A stretch of DNA of 63,780 nt, counting the filler, from Octopus bimaculoides (lineage: Eukaryota), in the NCBI RefSeq assembly GCF_001194135.2. It is 6 parts of 5 records of this genome, joined end to end, with 100 filler letters (N's around TTAATTAATTAA, not from the genome) between each part and the next. Parts side by side here need not be neighbours in the genome. Positions count along the whole stretch, not along the records: positions 46,034 to 58,274 come from NC_068983.1; positions 58,375 to 63,780 come from NC_068998.1; 4 more parts are not named here. The stretch is one strand, 5' to 3'. The position numbers and the translations under genes were made by a program. Below the pieces are notes generated by a model that was not told where the DNA came from, did no database searches, and saw only the letters and a program-made list of their open reading frames with translations. Positions 54,382-63,780 of the stretch are shown here, piece after piece. The first letter of the stretch is position 1. The number at the start of each line of letters is the position of its first letter.

Positions 54382-56055
54382 GTGAAGTGGAGTAGGAGGG
54401 GGAGGAGAATGCTCATAATACTGGAGAGAAGGAGGGAAAATTGGAGAAGCAGAGGAGGCGGAACAGGTTATCGTCATGCTTGAGCCAACTATGATGACGA
54501 ATTTAACTAAAATCTTGATGGTGCAGATGAGAGGTAGTAGGAGTAGGCAGAAAGGAGATATGGCGTAATAATGTTTGAGTTATTTAACCCAAGGTGAACC
54601 CTGATCATGTATATCTAATCAAATGTATTTCATCAACACTAATGTTATTTCACCTTTCGCATATAGTAAATCTAGGATTACCTTTTACCAATGTGCCTGT
54701 ATATATTGTAGCAGTAGTTACTGAGTTGATGGGAGATTTTGATTACTATTTTTAGCCTCCATTTTAACTGTTCCTCGTTGGAACTCGGTAAAATCTTTTG
54801 TTATTCAATACGCTTGGGTCGACTTGGCGATACTGGTGATGTAGATGGCAAGAATGTTGCTGCTGCTGCTATTAAAGGTGATTATTCGGATGATGATGAT
54901 AAAGATGGTAGCTATGATGGTGTTTCCCTCTATCACCATAATTAACAATACCTTTCTAAATCTGTGAAAAGCAATTATATGCTCTAGATACGTATTACAC
55001 GATCAAGTTATTTGAATTATAACATGAAAAAATATCACGGCATTTTTTTGTATTTTAGTAATTAGTAATCACTCTGCATGAAGACGTGTTCTATTTTCAT
55101 TTTAATACCTTTCAGCTGTTAATTTGTTTTTCGTGCATTGCTTATGTTTCTTCTTGAGTTTATTTTGGTTTGTCTTCTAGTAATTCTTCAGTCCAAATGG
55201 CATCGAATATTGACATTTGATTACAATAAATTTTGTCTTTCTTTGGCGCGTGGAAGTATTGTGACAGTATCTTGTTAGGTTTGTCGAATTACGTTTTAGA
55301 CTTAAGCCATTAACCTCCATTCCATTGCTCTTACTGATTCGCTCAATGCCTCATTGTTCTAATCTCTTTCTATGTCTATATTTTCTCGTTTTACCTTTTC
55401 TCTCAAGAAAAATATTCTACAATGCCTTCTCTTTATTTCCAAATGTCTTCCACCACTATTTTGATGCTATGTACGAATTAATGTTTCATTCTTACTCTCC
55501 TTCAATCACCTATTTTCTATTCCAGCATGATCCTCTAAGTTCCCTACCTGTATTGTAAACTCCGGTCTTTCATCTTTCTTCTTTCCTCTCTTATTCGGGC
55601 TTTCTGTTTCTTTCACCCCACACACTCCAGTTCTTGTATTACACTGTGCAAATCTGATAAATTTTCTTGCTTGATAACATAATGCTGGTGATAATAGTGA
55701 CCGTGGCTGAAGTAACAGTAGTTGTTTTTATTGTCGCATTGTTGTTGATTGTGTGCCATGTTAGTGATGGTGAATGACTCTATCAAATTTCAGTGGTAAT
55801 AGCGTAGATTATGCATGGGCAACCGTTTTCGAGAAGCAAGCCGCATGAAACATGGATCCCCATCAGTTAGGGCTCACTACTAAAAAATACAATCTAATTT
55901 TACGTTGGTGTGACAATCAGAAAGTTCGGGGGGGGGCCTCATTTTGCACATGACTGGCGTGGATAGTAGCTCTTACCGCTCTTGCACAGATTGCTAAGAG
56001 AATACCATTTGTAGCTCTGTAATTATCAGTAATTTTATTATTTTTACTGCTACTT

Positions 56056-56118
<63 letters not shown>
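56056..56118. repeat. (CTA)n microsatellite
   Basis: Directly visible. Confidence 0.95.
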
Positions 56119-57250
56119 TAAATAACCCTTATTAGAAAATTACAATTATTGACGTAGTGACAAGTTAACCAGAAACAGTCATGTAATAAACACATATTAA
56201 AGCAACGAATTAGAAATAAATGCAAACTTAATTAATAGTTTTAAGGAAACGAATGTTTATTTGCTTTGGTCACTGAAGATTAATTAAAACTTCATAATAG
56301 CAAATGATGCGGAATATAAACAACTTCTCGGTGAATTTCCTGTTAAGTTTCAATTGCTCGAGCAATTATAATGTTACTTATGGCATGAACTACCGTAGCC
56401 TTTAAAAGTTTGCAGTCGCTTTCCCTTTCTCATTTACCTTCCCCTGCCTCTTTTTATTCAACTACTTTTTTCTCTATGCAAGCCTTTATATTTTCATCCG
56501 TTCAATGAAACAATCTATTAATGATATTTCGTTATAAACGTACCACAAAAAGTGCATTGGGATTCCACTCTTAATCTATAGCTGCGTTGCTCGTCTTTTA
56601 TGATGGAAATTAAGCGACAAAATAATGTAGGACCCGAGGAAGGCTTCACAGTCGGAATATGTGTTACATTTTTGACAGGTGTTTAATGATTCTTCGATTC
56701 AATGCTAGGTTCCGTTTTATATATTTTGTTTTGATCTGGGGAGGATCACTAGGCAAATCATAAACACACACACAATTTCACTGTTTTTATTATTAGTCCA
56801 TTGTGCAACGATTTAACCAAAAGTAAGCGGCACAAAACTTTTGTGCTACTTACTTTTTATGCAATTCAGCTATGTGCGCACTTTTTCTGAAAATTCTAAC
56901 TTGGTAATATTTTGGTATTATTAAAATACGTTTATTGTTTTTATTATTTTGTGTATTTTATGTATTGATAGAAAGATAAATAGGATGACTGTCTTTATTT
57001 GTTGAGTACATTCAGTGCATTCTATATTGTACTGAATTGAACAAAATATTCATCCGGCCCACGCTTGGCATTCTTTTAGCTATATCTGGCCCACTATGAA
57101 AAAAAGTTTGATTTAACCAATCAAATCAAGGATTGATTATTCGATCAATCAGTCAGGTTTATCAAAGTATTGAGACAGCCCTGATGCAGGGTGACAAAAG
57201 TACTTTGACAAAACTAGGTAACTGATTGATCCGACGATTAATCGGACAAT

Positions 57251-57799
57251 TCATAATAATTGGTTAAACTTTTGCGTAAAAAAATTCATAGATTCAAATT
57301 TCTCGGATCGCAACTTTCCAGAATATTTAGAATGTGTTGAGAGATGTTTTGCTTCGTAGTGACGACGAATATACTCTTTCATAACAGCAACACTTTCGTT
57401 CCATATCAGGTAATTAGCTTTCTGGTCGTTTGTTTCCACAAAGAAGTACTTTTCTCCCCATTCTTTATTGAAAATGCGACATTCATCATCAAACTTTCTC
57501 TTCTTAATGGCCATAACGATGGATGAAGAATAAACAAAAGCAGTATTAGGCCTCGGCTTCAGATATTCTCGTTTTAATTGTAATCACTAATAACTGACTA
57601 GCCAGAGGCACACGTGATGTAGTGCCGTAATTATTATGGCGCGTGAAATACATAGCGCTTGACGTAACTGACTCAGTATACATAAAACATGCGTAATCTA
57701 AGAAGTGTAAGAAGCAGTAGAAAAGCATGTTCATTTTTTCCAGCATACTACGGTGGGCCGGACAAATTGACGTCGCGGGCCGTAGTTTGGTGACCCATG
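57251..57799 (-). mobile_element. hAT (Buster/Charlie/SPIN-like) 5' end and BED-finger transposase fragment
   Basis: MAIKKRKFDDECRIFNKEWGEKYFFVE...ESVAVMKEY-IRRHYEAKH is typical of GTF2IRD2/SPIN-like N-termini. The terminus CATGGGTCACCAAACTACGGCCCGCG starts at 57799(-), and the adjacent 8-mer GGTTAAAT fits an nnnTAnnn target. Confidence 0.85.
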
Positions 57800-58057
57800 G
57801 GTTAAATGATTACTCAACTGATTTCTAGTAATAAAAACTGAAATAAAATCATCGTCTGTGTGTTTATTAACGGAATAATGACCTACTGGTATACAACAAA
57901 ATCTCTGCCAATACGCTTGTTTACATTAAGAGTTTTACAAACCAAATACAAAACTGAAAAGTTTTTACATATATTATTAAATATACGAACAAATATTTAC
58001 ACACATACAAACACACGCACACTCAAACACACACACAATATATACATACATACATAT

Positions 58058-58070
58058 ATCTATCTATCTG

Positions 58071-58141
<71 letters not shown>
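58058..58141. repeat. (ATCT)n microsatellite
   Basis: Directly visible. Confidence 0.95.
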
Positions 58142-58143
<2 letters not shown>

Positions 58144-58714
58144 ATACAAGAAATGAGGGCAGGGAATCGTCAATTAATAATAGAATTAATAATTAACAAT
58201 TTTGTCAAGTAGGGCTGAAGATTGGAATAGTGAAATTTTTCGTTCACTTAACCATGAAACGATTCGTACCCAATNNNNNNNNNNNNNNNNNNNNNNNNNN
58301 NNNNNNNNNNNNNNNNNNTTAATTAATTAANNNNNNNNNNNNNNNNNNNNNNNNNNNNNNNNNNNNNNNNNNNNAATTCTAATCTACCAACCCACACGAG
58401 CACATGCCCTAGTTGATCTCAATTCCTGGGCCAGTTGGTGCATTGTGTTCTTGCACAAAACATTTCATTTCATATCATATCACTCAACTGGCATCTTGCT
58501 CATGGGGAATGTTGGGATTTTGGTCCCATGGAAACTGGCCCCATGAGTCCTGGGACTTGAAACAGTAATGTCCAGATGTTGATGATGCCCCCCCCCCCCA
58601 AAAAAAAACGATTTTTGTGTTCTCTTTCATTGTTGCATGGGTAGGGACAGCTCTTCCCTGGGCCTCACCTCACCATACCATTTGTCATTTCCTTCACAAG
58701 GTTTAGTCCCCCTG

Positions 58715-58955
58715 AGATTTTGCTTTCATCATTTCTTCCCCTATCTTCCTCGAGTTTCTTCTTCTGGTCACGTTTCTTCCACTTGGATTACTTGACACTT
58801 CTTTACTCATCTGTCATCCTTCACATGCATCACAAGTCCATCACAGCTCAGTCATCCCTCTTACACACAACCCCTGATTCCTCTTTAGACCTAGTTTTAC
58901 TCTCAGCTCATTTGTGCTTTCATCATTCATGCCCTCTGCAATTACGCATCCGATC
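58715..58955 (-). mobile_element. RTE LINE C-terminal fragment
   Basis: Minus strand RVKLGLRGIRGCV*EG*LSCDGLVMHVKDDR*VKKCQVIQVEET...RGR resembles RTE LREKLGIRGI...RRLRWYGHV.RM...VKKC..VEG..GRGRP. Confidence 0.6.
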
Positions 58956-58984
58956 GAGCAACTAAATATTTTTATTACCATTAT

Positions 58985-59210
58985 TATTAAATTGGTGAGC
59001 CATCAGAATTGTTAGCATGATGGGCGGGAATGCTTAGTCGCATTCCATCCATCTTTATGTTCTGAGTTCCACTTCTGCTGAGGTCCACTTTTCCTTTCAT
59101 CCTTTCAGGGTCAATAAAATAGGTACCAGTTGAACACTGGAGTCAATGTAATTGACTTATCACCTTCCCTGAAATTGGCAGTGTGCCCAAATTTGAAATC
59201 ATTATTATTA
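58985..59210 (+). mobile_element. SINE family A, CpG-depleted copy
   Basis: cctttcatcctttcagggtcaataaaataggtaccag...ggagtcaatgtaattgac. CG is replaced by CA/TG at most core positions. Confidence 0.8.
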
Positions 59211-60486
59211 TTATTATTATTCNNNNNNNNNNNNNNNNNNNNNNNNNNNNNNNNNNNNNNNNNNNNNNNNNNNNNNNNNNNNNNNNNNNNNNNNNNNNNN
59301 NNNNNNNNNNNNNNNNNNNNNNNNNNNNNNNNNNNNNNNNNNNNNNNNNNNNNNNNNNNNNNNNNNNNNNNNNNNNNNNNNNNNNNNNNNNNNNNNNNNN
59401 NNNNNNNNNNNNNNNNNNNNNNNNNNNNNNNNNNNNNNNNNNNNNNNNNNNNNNNNNNNNNNNNNNNNNNNNNNNNNNNNNNNNNNNNNNNNNNNNNNNN
59501 NNNNNNNNNNNNNNNNNNNNNNNNNNNNNNNNNNNNNNNNNNNNNNNNNNNNNNNNNNNNNNNNNNNNNNNNNNNNNNNNNNNNNNNNNNNNNNNNNNNN
59601 NNNNNNNNNNNNNNNNNNNNNNNNNNNNNNNNNNNNNNNNNNNNNNNNNNNNNNNNNNNNNNNNNNNNNNNNNNNNNNNNNNNNNNNNGTTATTATTGTT
59701 ATTATTATTATTGCAGTGTTTATTTCTGTAAGAAATTCCAGTGTAAAATAAAGTTTTGTGAAACTGGGCAGGGTGGTTGGGTCCTGGTGAGATTGTCATT
59801 TTTTTTTCTTTGTCTTTTTGTATAATCTTTAAAAAAAAAAACCCAACAAAAAAACAGAATTAAAACAAACTAAACAATTCTTCTAAATCAAGGCTGAGGT
59901 TTATCCCATCTCCCCTTCTGGGGTCGCTATTTGCAATCTTCCATTCCATCACCACCATGATTTTGTTATTTTTTTTTTTTTATTACTTGGATAGAGTTGC
60001 CTTCAACAGGTCTGTCTGTGTATGTGTCTGCCTATTGGAATGTATGTGTGTGTGTTTGTTATCAACCATTCTGTATAGTGCAACCCTGCTACTACGTCAC
60101 TCAAACCTTGTTCTTAATCACATCAGCCAACCACAAAAATATTAATCAGAATCTGTCATTTTATTCCATTTTTATCACCCCTCCCCATCCACCTTTATGT
60201 CCCTATCTCTTTCTCTTTTTTTTTTTTCATTCCTCCAAATAATAGGAATTTAAATAAAAATTGAAATGAATAAAAATTGAATTTAAAAAAAAATGTACAA
60301 AAATATATAAACTATTGTTACTCTTTTAAGGCCTTATTTTCCTTAGTGTTGTGTTATCAGAGCATGTATGTGTGTGTGTGTTGTGTTTCACACAGAAAAC
60401 TCCCTCAGTGGCTGTTTTCGCTGTGTTAACACATTTTGTACCAAAATGACTGAGTCTGTCCCTGGTTCTGATATAAATTTTTTGTT

Positions 60487-60682
60487 TTAACTCTTTAGCA
60501 TTTAAACCAGCTTTTATCCAGCTCAGACATTCTACCTGTTGTATGTTGAAGCTGACTGGTTCTGGCCCATCATACCTACCCTGCAATGTCATTTTCAAAA
60601 TATACAATCACATCATTGAAACCTGAAAGCTGCAAGATAATTGCATGATTAATTCAAAACAATCTGAATGCTAAAGGGTTAA
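60487..60682. mobile_element. piggyBac-like MITE with TTAA TSDs (partial second copy at 60683-60870)
   Basis: TTAA-CTCTTTAGCATT ... AATGCTAAAGGG-TTAA gives 11/12-bp TIRs. The internal sequence is repeated immediately downstream. Confidence 0.65.
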
Positions 60683-61307
60683 GTCAGCCATATCCAGCCC
60701 AAATATTTCTACCTGTTTTATGTTCAAACTGGCCTCTCACACATACCCAACAATGTCATTTTCAAAACAATTACATCATTGAAATCTTGAAGTTGCAGGA
60801 TAGTGCATGATTGATTCAAAACATTGTGAATAAATAAGTATTACACTTGACAGAGTAAACTGAATGCTATCATCGAAAATCTGGTGTTAATTGTTCCAAA
60901 CACCATTTTAACCTTTAGCATGCTGTAAGTACATCATGTTGCCATATGAGTTGTCTCCCTTGTAGTTTCAGGACAGTAGCAGGTGAAACAATTCTAGAGA
61001 AAATGCAGTGTGCTAAAGATTAATTATGACTAAGTAATTTTTATGAATTTTTCACAATTTCGAAATTAATTGACATGAAGGCAGCGTATATGTTTGCTGT
61101 TTCAGCCAGTTGCTCAATGATGGTTGCTTATCTCCCTGATTGTATCTTGTCTAAGAAAGAAAATTCCATAATTTCTTGCTGAATAACCTTGCACATAAGT
61201 GGTTAAAGCGATTTAAATTAAATCTTTCCTTCAAAATTTCATATTTTGTTTCAAACACACTTGTAATAAGGACAAAAGTTATTTTACTAAATTCTTCATT
61301 TAGGCAT

Positions 61308-61463
61308 AGGCATGGCTGTGTGGTAAGAAGCTGGGTTCTCAACATGGTCTTGGAATCAGTCCCACTGTGTGGGACCTTTGGGAAAATGTCTTCTACTATA
61401 GCCTTGGGTTGACCAAAGCCTTTTGATTGAATTTGGTAGATGGAAACTGTAAGAAGCCCATTG
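61308..61463 (+). mobile_element. CORE-type SINE family B, CpG-depleted copy
   Basis: ggcatggctgtgtggtaagaagc...tgtcttctactatagccttgggttgaccaaagcc...ggtagatggaaactg. Confidence 0.85.
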
Positions 61464-61486
61464 TGTGTGTGTATGTATGTATATCA

Positions 61487-61550
61487 TCATCATCATCGTC
61501 GCTTAACGTCCGCTTTCCATGCTAGCATGGGTTGGACGATTTGACTGAGG
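61487..61550 (-). mobile_element. RTE-type 3' tail element with (GAT)n tail, shortest copy
   Basis: (cat)n cgcttaacgtccgctttCCATGCTAGCATGGgttggacgatttgactgagga. Confidence 0.75.
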
Positions 61551-61823
61551 ATATATATAATTTAGAGAAAAAACCCCACAATTCTTGAATTCATCCATGA
61601 AAATCCAGTCACATATAGAAAAATTTAATAAGTAAATACACTAAAAACACCTATAATAAAAATACAAAGTAATAAATATTAAAATAATAAAACGACTACA
61701 CATGTTTCATAACCACATTTTCAAATAGAAAATAAAATAAAAATCAAATTGATTCAAAGTAAATCGATCGAAAATCAATTCTATTCAAAAATATAGCTAA
61801 TCTTCGTATCAATATATATGTGT

Positions 61824-61927
61824 CATCATCATCATCATCTTCGTTTAACGTCCGCCTTCCATGCTAGCATGGGTTGGACGATTTGACTGAGGACTGGTGA
61901 AACCGGATGGCAACACCAGGCTCCAAT
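61824..61927 (-). mobile_element. RTE-type 3' tail element, medium copy
   Basis: Same sequence extended to ...ggcaacaccaggctccaat. Confidence 0.8.
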
Positions 61928-61974
<47 letters not shown>

Positions 61975-61976
<2 letters not shown>

Positions 61977-62140
61977 TGTCTTTGTGTCCTGTGTTTGTTC
62001 CCCACCAATACTTGACTGCTTGTGCTGGTGTGTTTACAGTCTCTATAATCTAGCAATTTCGCAAAAAATACCGGGATTCATTTGACTAAAAATTCTTCAA
62101 GGTGGTGTCCCAGCATGGCCACTGTCTAATGAAACAAAAG
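61975..62140 (+). mobile_element. SINE family C, CpG-depleted copy
   Basis: gtgtttgttccccacc...ggtgtgtttac...aaggtggtgtcccagcatggccactgtc. Confidence 0.65.
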
Positions 62141-62377
62141 AGTATATACATACATACACACACACACACACATATGTATATATATACAAATATATACACA
62201 CATATATATATGTATATATACATACATACACATATATATATATATATAAGGTTGAGGAGGGTATTGGATTTAACCAANNNNNNNNNNNNNNNNNNNNNNN
62301 NNNNNNNNNNNNNNNNNNNNNNNNNNNNNNNNNNNNNNNNNNNNNNNNNNNNNNNNNNNNNNNNNNNNNNNNNNNNN

Positions 62378-62495
62378 GTGTCTTCAAGACAAGGCTGGAC
62401 CTCTTCCTGTCAGGTGCCCCAGATGAACTAACTTCACGGCAGGAGGCGCAGATGACAGCAGCTGCATCAAACTCTCTCATGCACCAAATGTCAAT
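62378..62495 (+). mobile_element. CR1-like LINE 3' end
   Basis: VFKTRLDLFLSGAPDELTSRQEAQMTAAASNSL matches the CR1-type terminal motif FK..LD.FL..VPDEP......AA.SNSL. Confidence 0.55.
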
Positions 62496-62646
62496 TCCTG
62501 AAGTAAAATTGTGTAGCAACACCAAATGGCGGTGCCCCAGCATGGCCACAGCTCATGAGCTGAAACTGGATAAAGTAAAGTAAAGTAGAAGTATATATTT
62601 ATTTATATATATATATATAGTTATATATATATTTATTTATATATTT

Positions 62647-62830
62647 CATCATCATCATCATCATCGTTTAACGTCCGCTTTCCATGCTAGCATGGGTTGG
62701 ACGATTTGACTGAGGACTGGTGAAACCGGATGGCAACACCAGGCTCCAATCTAATTTGGCAGAGTTTCTACAGCTGGATACCCTTCCTAACGCCAACCAC
62801 TCAGAGAGTGTAGTGGGTGCTTTTACGTGT
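62647..62830 (-). mobile_element. RTE-type 3' tail element, longest copy
   Basis: Includes GGATACCCTTCCTAACGCCAACC, a motif typical of RTE-related 3' tails, and the (GAT)n tail. Confidence 0.8.
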
Positions 62831-62894
62831 CAATATTTATTTATATTTATATATATATTTATTTGTATTTATATACATATATTTATTTATATAT

Positions 62895-63369
62895 AACATA
62901 AGGACACAGTAATTGTCTCAAGGCTGACAGGAAGCGGTCCAGCTTCCTAGAGCTAAACAGCAGTAGTATATTCCCTTATTGGGATTGTCACATTAAGTTG
63001 ACAATATACAACAGCTTTATTGCATCACTACTGCTTAAATCTCTGTAAGAGATTTAGAAATATGATATTTCAAATTTTGGTAACCAGTGAATAAATTTCA
63101 CTGTGATTATATATGTAGCGAGAGCTAGACAGACTTCTTCATCCAGCTGGTCAAGCTACTTCAGGCTGATGACGAGCAAAGAATCAGAAACATGTCCCTG
63201 AATGCTGGCTAGGCTGGGTGGAGGAGTTTGTCACCCCCTTGCAAACATAAGGACACAGTAATTGTGTCAAGGCTGACAGGAAGCGGTCCAGCTTCCTAGG
63301 GCTAAACAGCAGTAGTATATTCCCTTATTGGGATTGTCACTTTAAGTTGACAATATACAACAACTTTAT
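62895..63369 (+). mobile_element. Retrozyme-like element: 349-bp unit plus ~126-bp partial tandem repeat
   Basis: 62895-63020 is repeated at 63244-63369 with 4 substitutions. The unit has no ORF, contains at least six hairpins and carries an HHR. Confidence 0.7.
63160..63202 (+). ncRNA. Minimal type I hammerhead ribozyme
   Basis: UUCAGG-CUGAUGA-CGA(GCAAAGAA)UCA-GAAA-CAU-GUC/CCUGAA. It has a perfect 6-bp stem I, a canonical core, a GUC triplet with cleavage after 63196, a palindromic ACAUGU stem III and a weak stem II with a C-A mismatch. Confidence 0.75.
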
Positions 63370-63673
63370 ATATATATATATTTATTTTTATTTATATATA
63401 TATATTTTTTTATTTTTTTAAATTATAGTTTCAGCTTATAGCTGCAGCCATGCTGATGCACCGCCGTGTTACTACCCTGTTATTACAGGGAGCCTCTTAC
63501 AAATTTTGGCACTTGGTGAAGAATGGAGTTTGATTTAGCAACCTTCATTTGCACCTCCTGCCGCAAGGTAGGTTCATCTGGGACTCTCGATAAATATATA
63601 TTTATTTTAATTTTATAGTTTCAGCTTATAGCTGCAGCCATGCATATATATTTATTTATTTATATATGTTTAT

Positions 63674-63704
<31 letters not shown>

Positions 63705-63749
63705 GTTTATTTACTTAAACATAAATATATATATACATATATATATATA

Positions 63750-63780
<31 letters not shown>

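Noticed and set aside
60370-61150. Several AG/GT-bounded short open frames in the CpG-poor region
   Set aside because: None has recognisable protein similarity or consistent phase, so I cannot support them as exons without RNA data.
62895-63000. Minus-strand peptide RKLDRFLSAL resembling a CR1 3' end
   Set aside because: The codons lie in a hairpin of the retrozyme-like repeat and no upstream RT motifs exist, so this is probably coincidence.

Overview
This is AT-rich, microsatellite-saturated eukaryotic DNA from a gapped draft assembly. The repeat families suggest a coleoid cephalopod such as Octopus; this is inference and no database was consulted. No intact host protein-coding gene is supported, and most ORF-track entries are translations of microsatellites or N-runs. 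The window is a transposon graveyard. It holds decayed pogo/Tigger, Tc1/mariner, hAT and piggyBac-like pieces, and a Penelope-like RT remnant (10.7-12.2 kb). Three R4/Dong-like LINE fragments sit inside (TAA)n tracts, alongside RTE and CR1 fragments. A 3-kb Helitron/Helentron Rep pseudogene appears to carry an OTU protease domain. There are many tRNA-derived SINEs, some forming head-to-tail multimers and an inverted pair. The most interesting signal is a set of minimal type I hammerhead ribozyme (HHR) motifs in non-coding elements. Three have a canonical CUGAUGA core (28164 +, 33120 -, 63160 +), two belong to one family with an A6U core variant (34.4 kb and 36.9 kb, -), and two are GAAA-less relics. 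The 63.2-kb HHR lies in a hairpin-rich 349-bp unit with a partial tandem repeat, the architecture of a non-LTR retrozyme. The 33.1-kb HHR is fused to a tRNA-like Pol III head.
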